Origin: Nitrososphaeraceae archaeon | GTDB lineage: Archaea > Thermoproteota > Nitrososphaeria > Nitrososphaerales > Nitrososphaeraceae | Direction: 5' to 3' | NCBI GenBank assembly: GCA_044870765.1 | Contig: JBIOZG010000012.1 | Span: forward strand, 96,001-160,000 | DNA: 64,000 nt | In this document: positions 33,159 through 41,569 of the stretch, one piece after another | Layout of the letters: the number at the start of each line of letters is the position of its first letter | Numbering within the stretch: the first letter of the stretch is position 1 | Program-made: the position numbers and the translations under genes | Notes under the pieces: model-generated | Told to the model about the DNA's origin: nothing | The model's input: the letters and a program-made list of their open reading frames with translations, nothing else | Database searches by the model: none

Positions 33159-33347
33159 ATGCAAGTGTTGGATGAACAAAGCAAAGCATACTTTAATTTC
33201 ATAAACACACTGCATTCTGAATCTACGAGAGAATTATATAAGTTCTGTCTAGAAAAATTCCTGGGTCATTACAAACTTGATCTAACCTCACTGCTAGAAC
33301 TACCACAAGATTTCCATAGATTCGAGGAAAAGTCTCAACCAAATTAA
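33159..33347 (+). pseudogene. Truncated N-terminal fragment of a tyrosine recombinase/integrase
   Basis: YFNFINTLHSESTRELYKFCLEKFLGHY matches the core-binding domain pattern S-x-x-T-x-x-x-Y-x3-L-x2-F. Stops after 62 aa with no catalytic domain. Confidence 0.6.
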
Positions 33348-33533
33348 AGAAGAGGCCTTGAAAGACAAGAACGGAAATTTTGCTTAGAATAAAATTAAAA
33401 TGGCAAATGTTAGATTTGGAAGATCCAAAAAATCTTACAGACCCAAGCCTCCACGAACTGGATTACATTCTAACCATTCCTTAAATCGGATGTCGAAGTA
33501 TTAAATAATTTATTATATCTTATTTATAATTGG

Positions 33534-33592
33534 AGATACAGTCGAAGAAGTGAAAGATACCGTAGAAGATACAGTCGAAGAAGTGAAAGATA
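33534..33592 (+). repeat. Direct repeat, 26-bp copies at 33-bp period
   Basis: AGATACAGTCGAAGAAGTGAAAGATA at 33534 and 33567. Confidence 0.9.
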
Positions 33593-33777
33593 AGGTTAAA
33601 CAGGCCGCGAAGAAAGTTACAGATTCTGATACATATCTGGGTTCAGATGATGAGAGGGAAAATAGAGATAATGAAGTGGGCGGAAATGATCCAATAAATC
33701 CAGAGGACATAGCAAAACATGAACCGACTGCGGTCAAGAGAGATAAGAATCAGGGAAGTTCAAGCGACCCGGTTTAA
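33550..33777 (+). CDS. Small acidic hydrophilin/LEA-like protein
   Basis: DTVEEVKD 11-mer periodicity, highly charged. The frame extends upstream to an ATT at 33529. Confidence 0.6.
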   Translation: MKDTVEDTVEEVKDKVKQAAKKVTDSDTYLGSDDERENRDNEVGGNDPINPEDIAKHEPTAVKRDKNQGSSSDPV

Positions 33778-33822
33778 ATCATCCCTTTTTTAGGTATTGT
33801 ACAAACTGATTCAAGAAAAAAT

Positions 33823-34074
33823 TTACTCTTCGTCTCCAACGGATTTTCTTAATAACTCTAGTTGCTTATAATGTTCAAATATTATAGAAATTAGTATTGG
33901 TTGTATTAAGACAGGCTTGCAAGCAATCACTCCAGCGGCATTATACAGGCGCGAATAAGACATCATTTCCTCAAACATCTTTCTTTCGCTTTTATCCAAT
34001 TCTTGTCTAAATATTTTCCACTTTCTTCTTTCTCTTTCTGATGCAAGTCTATACGAAGGAATAGTTCGACCCAT
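33823..34074 (-). CDS. Small protein of the PolB2-operon-associated family (arCOG07300-like)
   Basis: MGRTIPSYR...W..FR..L...ER..FE.M...SR......PILISIIFE pattern. Confidence 0.7.
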   Translation of the reverse strand: MGRTIPSYRLASERERRKWKIFRQELDKSERKMFEEMMSYSRLYNAAGVIACKPVLIQPILISIIFEHYKQLELLRKSVGDEE

Positions 34075-34189
34075 AATTTATTGTCATGAATTATTCAATT
34101 TAATATCTAAATCACTAAATGGGGGAGGAGAGCATGGTATGATTCTAGCCGATAGAAACAAATTCAACACACATGATTTGTCTTGACGT

Positions 34190-34372
34190 TTATAGTCTGA
34201 TTTCCCAAAATGCGCCAGTTTTGCAGTGTCTGCAAGGTGGAAAAGTTTCTCCCGCAGTTATTGGTATTCTTTTTTCGTTTTCTGTGGGTTGACATGCGCT
34301 ATTTTCCATATGTCCAGCAAAATGGTACGTGCCTGTAGAAGGTGCGGATTGGCCCGTATGAAATTTTCCCAT
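34190..34372 (-). CDS. YjzC-like small zinc-ribbon protein
   Basis: TGQSAPSTGTY...GETFPPCRHC...W. Confidence 0.7.
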   Translation of the reverse strand: MGKFHTGQSAPSTGTYHFAGHMENSACQPTENEKRIPITAGETFPPCRHCKTGAFWEIRL

Positions 34373-34519
34373 TACACCAAATATTATTTTGTTTGATATA
34401 AGGTTTAAAACTATAATTAGAACTGATGGGCTTTAGAACAGCAGGCACACCATTTAATTTAATAGATTTTATCTTGGTAAACTCTAAAGGTATAAGCATC
34501 ATTAAGTCAATATTCTATT

Positions 34520-34747
34520 ATGTCTGAAGAAAGAATAGGAGATAAGTTTCTTCGGAAACTCTATGAAAAGACGGTAAATAATGGGATAGAAAATATTGAT
34601 AGAGAGGAGATTGGAAAAGAAATCGGAATTATAGATGTACTAATGGATAATCTGGTTGACGAATTGACTTCTGAGGGTTATATAAAAAAACTAGGAAGGA
34701 CAAACATTTACCTAACCGATGATGGAAGAAAAAGAGTCGAAATATAA
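34520..34747 (+). CDS. Small winged-helix DNA-binding-like protein
   Basis: EIGKEIG...LVDELTSEGYI...IYLTDDGR. Confidence 0.7.
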   Translation: MSEERIGDKFLRKLYEKTVNNGIENIDREEIGKEIGIIDVLMDNLVDELTSEGYIKKLGRTNIYLTDDGRKRVEI

Positions 34748-34812
34748 TATTTTAAATACATTTTGCTTGTGTTGAAATACTATAATATTAGATAATCTAG
34801 TATTCCTTAGAA

Positions 34813-35289
34813 TTGAAAGGTTTAGAAGATGAACTAGGTCCACTGATTCATAACCTAGAGAAAAAACTGAAACGACAAAGGATAGAAAACAAAAAAAGAA
34901 AAAATGTAAAGTTAGATTCTGATGAATGGTTCAGTGATACAAGGGAAAAAATAATTCTACCGGTAATGATTAAGTATAAAAAATTCATGGAAAGTAAAAG
35001 TGAGAGTGTCTCATTGAATTGTACCATAGAAAAATCATATCAATTACCTGAAGGTATAACATTTCAAATAAAGGACTCTATACCGTTATCAAAACACGAC
35101 GCTGTAAGAAGGATTACCTTCTTCCCAAAGAAAGATAGAGTTCACATTTTTGAGGAGGGGACGCTAGGTGATGCTCATCCAGTGGAACTTAGCTACACTG
35201 AAGAAGAAATAACAGAGGAATTCGTAAGAAAAAAATTAACTGCTTTGATAAAAGAATATGTTGACAAATTATTGATCAGTTTTGAATAA
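34813..35289 (+). CDS. Hypothetical protein
   Basis: 158-aa ORF co-oriented with the upstream wHTH gene. Confidence 0.65.
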   Translation: MKGLEDELGPLIHNLEKKLKRQRIENKKRKNVKLDSDEWFSDTREKIILPVMIKYKKFMESKSESVSLNCTIEKSYQLPEGITFQIKDSIPLSKHDAVRRITFFPKKDRVHIFEEGTLGDAHPVELSYTEEEITEEFVRKKLTALIKEYVDKLLISFE

Positions 35290-35412
35290 AAACATATGGC
35301 AAAATCCATACGAAATTTATACTTTCTCCAAGGTATATTGTTTGCTTATTAGAATGAGTAAAGAAAAAGGTGTTGTAGGTAACGACACATCGTTACCTGT
35401 TACTATTTAAGG

Positions 35413-35751
35413 CTATGGTATATTTGGAATTAATGAAGTAGGTCCGAATACCTCGTCTATGAATTCATTGTCATCGCCGTTAGCCGGAGACGTAAGGTCG
35501 TTGTCGCAACTGAATTGGTTGTTGTTGACGGGGCTGCCCATGGTGTCTATGTGCTCATATTCATTCTTTGCCTTACAATCGTTATCCTGTATTATTTTGT
35601 GGGTCCTCTCGTTACAGTTGTCGTCATCATTGTCTTCACACTCTTCCTTGTCGGCAAATGCTGGTACTACCTGTGATATTCCTGTTCCGGTTAGTGCTGT
35701 CAATATTCCGATAGACAGTGTTACGAACATTAACACTTTTTTTGTGTTCAA
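35413..35751 (-). CDS. Small secreted acidic Cys-containing protein
   Basis: Signal peptide ending PAFA, then DKEECEDNDDDNC, four Cys. Confidence 0.7.
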   Translation of the reverse strand: MNTKKVLMFVTLSIGILTALTGTGISQVVPAFADKEECEDNDDDNCNERTHKIIQDNDCKAKNEYEHIDTMGSPVNNNQFSCDNDLTSPANGDDNEFIDEVFGPTSLIPNIP

Positions 35752-36060
35752 GTTTGTTATCGTGAAGTGATACTAAACAAAGTATAAGTGGAGTCAGTAA
35801 GAACAAGTACTAAAAAAAGGAGAGAGTCTTCTTTACTATGTTAAATCTGAATTTAAGAATAGAATATTATTCATTCACGTTAATCAGATTGCTATACCAG
35901 AAAACTATGTCCATGAATTCTGGTAAATTCTTCCAAAAGTTGTATATAGTGCGTCGAATTATTAATTCGGGTTCATTATTCGCAGATTGGTGGGCGGCTA
36001 ACCGGCTTCAAATCTGGCTTAGATTCATCAGCCACCATTTAATTATCTAGATTTTAATAT

Positions 36061-36103
36061 ACACTGGGGGATGAGCATTCAGCCATGAGGCCCAGCCCAC
36101 CAG
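36061..36103. repeat. Palindromic element, CYGGTGGG family
   Basis: ACACTGGGGG-ATGAGC...GCCCACCAG. Both arms match the 30900 copy. Confidence 0.6.
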
Positions 36104-36179
36104 CAGTCAGATTGCTTTCTGGACTTAACCTAATCCGTAATAAATTATCATATACTACAAATTATAAAATAATTTAATA

Positions 36180-36220
36180 CCGGTCGGACTGAAAGATTTT
36201 GATAAGTGAATCCCACCGGC
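36180..36220. repeat. Palindromic element, CYGGTGGG family
   Basis: CCGGTCGGA-N22-TCCCACCGG, one mismatch. Confidence 0.6.
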
Positions 36221-36384
36221 TTTTGTCTTAAAATGTCTTCAGAAGTAATCAAACTAACTAATACAAAATATTAGTTGTCTTACCTAAGTTTACTTGCCAA
36301 AATTAGACACTCGTATTAGAAGTTTTAAATAAAGTTTTGGCGTTTTATGATACTGCCTATCTTGAATTCATTGTTGGGATAGTC

Positions 36385-36426
36385 AATTGGTTGATGCTTT
36401 CTTCACCGGATACGCACCAATCAATT
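36385..36426. repeat. Palindromic element, ATTGATTGGTGC family (copy 1)
   Basis: AATTGGTTGATGC...TCACCGGATAC-GCACCAATCAATT. Confidence 0.65.
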
Positions 36427-36654
36427 TACTTTATTGACAAGCATCATGGCCTCTGCATATAATTCTCTTGCTTCTTTACCGTATGCTTGTACTAAGTAGT
36501 TACTCCCTTCATTGGATTTTAATCCCACACAACAATAATCTATTCCGTTACTCAGTGCATAATCTTTAGGGGAAATTTTTACTATATCTCTATCTTTAGA
36601 TAGCATTAGTTGTCTAAGCGCATCAATACTGCTGGTATACGTCATGCTGTACAC
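36421..36654 (-). CDS. Hypothetical protein
   Basis: 77-aa ORF (GSNYLVQAYGKEARELY). Stop codon lies inside the palindrome. Confidence 0.6.
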   Translation of the reverse strand: MYSMTYTSSIDALRQLMLSKDRDIVKISPKDYALSNGIDYCCVGLKSNEGSNYLVQAYGKEARELYAEAMMLVNKVN

Positions 36655-36839
36655 TCCATTCTTTCAAACCAACTCTAGATGTAGGCAAAAATTATGTAGA
36701 GCAGTGTATTAAAATTTGCTTATAACTCGAGCACTTATTATCCGATCAGTATCTGCCAACAGCAATAAACATGGACTATAAGATTATAGATTATACCATA
36801 AAATAAAAGACTTAAAAGATATTCCTTTCTAAGAGAAAC

Positions 36840-37094
36840 ATGATGTCCATTTATATCGTAATGGCAATACTAGCCTCAGTAACCATTGTCACAATAGTAA
36901 CAACGAGCACTCAGCAAGTGTATGCACCTAAAAGTTGTGCAGGTTGTGCAGAATTCCAAAAACTGACAGATGAATTTGAAAATAAAGTATTAAACACAGC
37001 CCTAGCTAGCCCTGAAGAAATGCCAGCATTGGTTGATGAATACAGCACCGATGTCAAGGCGTTATTTGAAAATCCTTCACCATCGCCTAGTTAA
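36840..37094 (+). CDS. Small secreted protein with CxxC
   Basis: Signal peptide ending QVYA, then PKSCAGC, acidic helical body. Confidence 0.65.
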   Translation: MMSIYIVMAILASVTIVTIVTTSTQQVYAPKSCAGCAEFQKLTDEFENKVLNTALASPEEMPALVDEYSTDVKALFENPSPSPS

Positions 37095-37210
37095 ATTATA
37101 ACTGATGGGCCAATTTGTTAAAAGGACCACCAGCCACGCGTATTCTTGGCGCTTGTCGACACTTGTAACGTTATGATCAACAAACAATAATAAAGTTAAA
37201 TCTTAATGAG

Positions 37211-37320
37211 GCCGGTGGGAAGCCTCAATGGGTTATGAGCAAGTCTTTCTCCCCTATATGATAAGAGTTCAGGCCTATAGTTTCTAAAGTATAATAACAA
37301 GTTAAGCCGGTGGGATGAGC
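37211..37320 (+). repeat. Two half-sites of the CYGGTGGG family
   Basis: GCCGGTGGGA at 37211 and GCCGGTGGGATGAGC at 37306. GGGATGAGCA is shared with the 36061 copy. Confidence 0.6.
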
Positions 37321-37412
37321 AGAAGGTTCCAGAAAAACAGACCGACTATCGTATGATGGTTGCGTTAATTTCACATAGCTGACATGTCATAAAATAGTTA
37401 AACCTATGTGAT

Positions 37413-37877
37413 TCAAGTTAAATTTGATTTCTTTACACCTTGTTGGTAAGCCTGTATTTCATCACCTACCTTTTGGCATAATCTGTTTATTTTTATAGGC
37501 TTTTCCGTAAAGGAATCTATGATCCCTTTTTGGAGATACTTTTCAAAAATAGGATTATTATGAAAATCGTATGCACTTACTAACATTGTTCTTACCTTGG
37601 GATTGAGTTCTTTAATTTTATTTAATAACGCCAAACCATCCATATTAGGCATCCTCATATCAGAAATGACCAGCGCATATGCGTGTTTATTTTTTGAAAA
37701 GTGTTCTAAAGCGGTACCAGGATCGTTAAAACTAACAACAGAGATGCCAGTAATATCAGCACATATTGCGTTCTCGAAAAGTACAGTGATATCTATCTCA
37801 TCGTCCACTATACTAACAATTTTCTTGTTAGTAGCAATTCTCTCATGAACGCTAACCAGATCATACAGTAAGACCAT
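37413..37877 (-). CDS. Stand-alone response regulator receiver (CheY-like)
   Basis: IVDDE, ISDMRMPNMDG, VSA, EKP. Confidence 0.92.
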   Translation of the reverse strand: MVLLYDLVSVHERIATNKKIVSIVDDEIDITVLFENAICADITGISVVSFNDPGTALEHFSKNKHAYALVISDMRMPNMDGLALLNKIKELNPKVRTMLVSAYDFHNNPIFEKYLQKGIIDSFTEKPIKINRLCQKVGDEIQAYQQGVKKSNLT

Positions 37878-38006
37878 GAACTAGATAAGGTTTTTTGATT
37901 TTATTGGATTTTAATGATTTATTTACATCATAGTCTAGATATGCTTCAATTATCTTTGCATATATACCGAAAAACATCTATTCTTACCCGGAGATAGAAT
38001 ACTATT

Positions 38007-38047
38007 ATTGATTGGTGCCACCGTCTCACCGATAGGCGCCAATCAAT
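38007..38047. repeat. Palindromic element, ATTGATTGGTGC family (copy 2)
   Basis: 13-bp stem ATTGATTGGTGCC / GGCGCCAATCAAT (one T-G pair), 15-nt loop containing TCACCGATA. Confidence 0.75.
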
Positions 38048-38106
38048 TTTCAGGAAGTTAGTTAGAACAAAGCAACTTTATTTGACGTAGACGTATCAAG
38101 CATTAA

Positions 38107-38994
38107 TTGCAACTCTATATTGGTTGTTCAGGATGGAGTTATTCTTCGTGGCAAGGACATTTTTATCCTTCCAGTATGGACAATAGGGCGTGGTTGCCAT
38201 ATTACTCTCAGATTTTCGACTATGTAGAGATCGATTCAACTTTTTACAATGTCCCAAGTGAGTTAATGGTAAAAAACTGGGCTAGAAGAACTCCAGATAA
38301 TTTTAGATTTACAGCAAAGTTTCCTAAGATAATAACACATGAAAAAAGATTTAGGAATGTAACAAAGGATTTAGAATTATTCTACCGAAGAATGGAACCA
38401 CTTAAAGAAAAGATATTAGCGCTACTAATACAGTTACCTCCTTCCTACCAACTTAAGGAAGGATTGGAAGATTTCAGTAGTCATGATTTTTTCTTTGAAG
38501 GAGATTTTAGATATTCAGTGGAAGTGAGACATCCATCATGGTTTAGTGATTTAGCATACAACTTTTTTAAAAATAATAATATTGCGATGGTATGGAGTCA
38601 GATGGATAGATTACAAACTCCTCCAGTAGTAACATCTGATTTTGTCTATCTTAGATTGATAGGAGATAGAAGATTGGCTGAAGATCAATTTGGTAAAATA
38701 CAAATTGATAGAACAGAAGAGATCAGAAATTGGGCTAATAAAATGAAAGAAGTTAATCAGAGTGAAAAAGATATCAAAGCGGCAATAGTGGCAGCAAATA
38801 ACCATTATGGCGGTTATGGACCAGGAACTGTCAATATATTTCGTCAGAATATGGATATGGAAAAATTATATTTTGAAAATGTAGATATTGCTAAAATAAA
38901 CAGAGAGATGGAATTAGAAACTAGGTTTACCTTCAGTGATACAAAACAAATCAAGAAGGGCAAACAGACAAGCATATCCGATTTTGTTAATTGA
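38107..38994 (+). CDS. DUF72 family protein
   Basis: IGCSGWSY, VEIDSTFY, FTAKFPKIITH, QLPPS, EVRHPSW, YLRLIG, NNHY. Confidence 0.93.
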   Translation: MQLYIGCSGWSYSSWQGHFYPSSMDNRAWLPYYSQIFDYVEIDSTFYNVPSELMVKNWARRTPDNFRFTAKFPKIITHEKRFRNVTKDLELFYRRMEPLKEKILALLIQLPPSYQLKEGLEDFSSHDFFFEGDFRYSVEVRHPSWFSDLAYNFFKNNNIAMVWSQMDRLQTPPVVTSDFVYLRLIGDRRLAEDQFGKIQIDRTEEIRNWANKMKEVNQSEKDIKAAIVAANNHYGGYGPGTVNIFRQNMDMEKLYFENVDIAKINREMELETRFTFSDTKQIKKGKQTSISDFVN

Positions 38995-39312
38995 TTCAAC
39001 CCTATGAAGTAATTCAAGTTCATTTCAGCATAAGCGATTTAAATATCCGTTAAATAGAAATTAATTCTAGACATAACCATTGCGAAATTATGCAGAATTT
39101 TGAATTTATTCTGATTTCCATTTTAGTGGTCTTGGAATTATTTGAAACTCCATTAAACATCACCATAGTTAACTGAGATACTTAGTCAAAAAAAATAAAA
39201 ATGATAGATGATTACTGGTCAGTAAATCTCTCATTTTCTAGTTTTTTCAATTGCTTATAACCAAGAATGCTCTCATCAAGAAATGGGCAATCACAACTAA
39301 TACTTGAATTTC

Positions 39313-40179
39313 CTAATTGGTAAAATAATGCGATCGAATTTTTTGCCACTTTGCTATCAAAGCCTCAGGTCTAATATGCAGTGCTTCATTATTTATTCGC
39401 GACTTGGCCAATACAACATATTCATTCATTAATTCTATTCCGATATAGCGTCTAGAGAAATTATGCGCTACTTTCGTGGTTTGCCCGCTACCATTAAAAG
39501 GATCAAGTATGATATCGCCCTCATATGAGTAGAGCTTCATAAGGCGATATGGAATCTCTTCTGGAAATGGACACGGGTGATTTATGTGTCCAGGTGGAAC
39601 AGGTGCAATATGCCAAACTGAATTTGCGATCTCTTTTGTAAACTCTTCATGTTTCGCAGGAAGAATATCACGCCTGTTTGTTCTCCCACTATTTACATCT
39701 CCTTTTCTCAAGACTAGTATGAATTCATGCATAATATTGGCTCTAAAATATTTTGGGTATGGATTAATTACAAAAGATCCATATCTATTGGTACCGCCAG
39801 TAACTTTGTGCCATATGATCTCTTCATGAAGGTTCCAATTTCCAAAAGGTTGAACCAACTTTGATAATAACATATGAGGAAGCGGGATAATGGTACCGTT
39901 TACAACTTCATTTCCAATTACTATACAACAGTAACCTCCATCTTTAGTGACTCTGTAAACGCTATTGTTAAAGATATCAACCATCTCTTCGAGATATTCA
40001 CCTGTTTCTTTTCTCGTTTTTCCCCGATAATATCCATTTTTCTCAACGTGCGCTTCATAATCTATGGCATTTCTATAAGGAGGAGAAGTTATTGTAAGCT
40101 GAATGAAATTTGCAGTCAATTCTGAAAGAATTTTTCTACAATTACCCTGGGTTATGGAATTTTGAAATTCAAGTAACAT
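39313..40179 (-). CDS. Orphan N4-cytosine/N6-adenine DNA methyltransferase (beta class)
   Basis: TSPPY precedes HPCPFP and ILDPFNGSGQT...IGIE. Confidence 0.9.
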   Translation of the reverse strand: MLLEFQNSITQGNCRKILSELTANFIQLTITSPPYRNAIDYEAHVEKNGYYRGKTRKETGEYLEEMVDIFNNSVYRVTKDGGYCCIVIGNEVVNGTIIPLPHMLLSKLVQPFGNWNLHEEIIWHKVTGGTNRYGSFVINPYPKYFRANIMHEFILVLRKGDVNSGRTNRRDILPAKHEEFTKEIANSVWHIAPVPPGHINHPCPFPEEIPYRLMKLYSYEGDIILDPFNGSGQTTKVAHNFSRRYIGIELMNEYVVLAKSRINNEALHIRPEALIAKWQKIRSHYFTN

Positions 40180-40504
40180 GGAATTGATTTTTCTTTAAGT
40201 ATCAATCCATATTCCGCATACTTAAAAAAAATAAACTGGATGATAAATAAAATTAATTAAATCACTTACTAAAAAGATGAACTTGAAGGTTGACATGAGA
40301 CGTATTAGTGAATTCATTAGGTAACAAAAAAATTTCACAGGAATTCAAAGTGCGATTACGAGAATGGCCTCCAATCCCCTGAGAATATCCAGAGCAGACG
40401 TGAGAAGGTGGTTTGAAAAAAACGAAGAGTCAATTTCATATTTTAAGCCATTGCAAAAGAGACGATCTTGAAATCTAGTTTAGAAACGTAGTAGGTTCGC
40501 TGCT

Positions 40505-41569
40505 TTACTTTTCTAGTATGAATTCATCGACCGGCATACCAAAATGTCTTCCGGATGAAGATTTGGTATAGGCCAAGACCTCATCACCGACTTTTAAATC
40601 AGTGACAGAAACCAATCTATTGTCTTTTATAATTAGCCTTATTGTTTCAGCATTTTGCAAGATTACAGTGCCCCAAGAATCTCCGATTTGAGCTTTTATT
40701 AATTTCATTGGTCTAGATTCAATCTTCGATCGTCCTACGGTAGACTTTCTACTAGTACCATCTTTGCTCACAACGAGGATCTCCACGCCTGCCTCTAACT
40801 CAGATAAGTATTTTGTGGTCCCATCGGACATTGCAGTATAGCAATGAACGGCACCTGCATTAACCCTAAACGGTCGAGGTGAGGTGAATGAGGAGCCTAC
40901 TGATTCATTGTGCACCAGAAACAAGAAATTTGATTTACTACCGATGAGCATTCCCTCGCCCATGGTCATCATCGATACCGTATCAACGCATACCCTCTCG
41001 CCCATGCCAACATCCTTTAATTCTAAAATCTTCGCGTATTCTAAATTAAAAGCTGGGTTATCAAGCAACTCATGTGAGTTCTCAACCTGGGCAACATCGT
41101 CTGTTTCCAATATAACTCCATCAACTCCAAGTTCTAGAACAGAGAACATCGTTCTAATTTCTTCTGAATTTTTAGTTGTTGTGTAAATTTTTGTTCCAGT
41201 TTTCTGAAGTTTAGCAATAAGATTCTCTAGCGGAATTATCTTCCAATCAGTAACTTCAACAATAACGAAATCTGCTCCATATTTAGAAGCAAGAACAATA
41301 TCCTCCAGATCCTCATTGTTTGTAATTTTCTTTGTGTACCCTACACTTTTGTCCAAAATTTCCTTATTTTTCTTTAACAGATCCAAACTATTGCACACAA
41401 CAAGATCCGCATTATCAGAGTGGAATATCGTTTTGAATTTCTTGTCTGTTATAACTGTAGGATCCCCGTATACTAGTGATACATTCGATACCTTGGATAG
41501 AAAGTCATCAAGTTTTTCTCTTTTCACTAGGGGTTTTAATATGAATTCCTTATTTTTTTGGACTGACAA
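40505..41569 (-). CDS. aroB': 3-dehydroquinate synthase II (archaeal)
   Basis: DWKIIPLENLIA, GERVCVDT, RPFRVNAGAVH, LQNAETIRL, GRHFG. Confidence 0.93.
   Translation of the reverse strand: MSVQKNKEFILKPLVKREKLDDFLSKVSNVSLVYGDPTVITDKKFKTIFHSDNADLVVCNSLDLLKKNKEILDKSVGYTKKITNNEDLEDIVLASKYGADFVIVEVTDWKIIPLENLIAKLQKTGTKIYTTTKNSEEIRTMFSVLELGVDGVILETDDVAQVENSHELLDNPAFNLEYAKILELKDVGMGERVCVDTVSMMTMGEGMLIGSKSNFLFLVHNESVGSSFTSPRPFRVNAGAVHCYTAMSDGTTKYLSELEAGVEILVVSKDGTSRKSTVGRSKIESRPMKLIKAQIGDSWGTVILQNAETIRLIIKDNRLVSVTDLKVGDEVLAYTKSSSGRHFGMPVDEFILEK

Noticed and set aside
35838-36050. 70-aa plus-strand ORF in the variable zone
   Set aside because: It overlaps a palindromic element and has no protein-like features.
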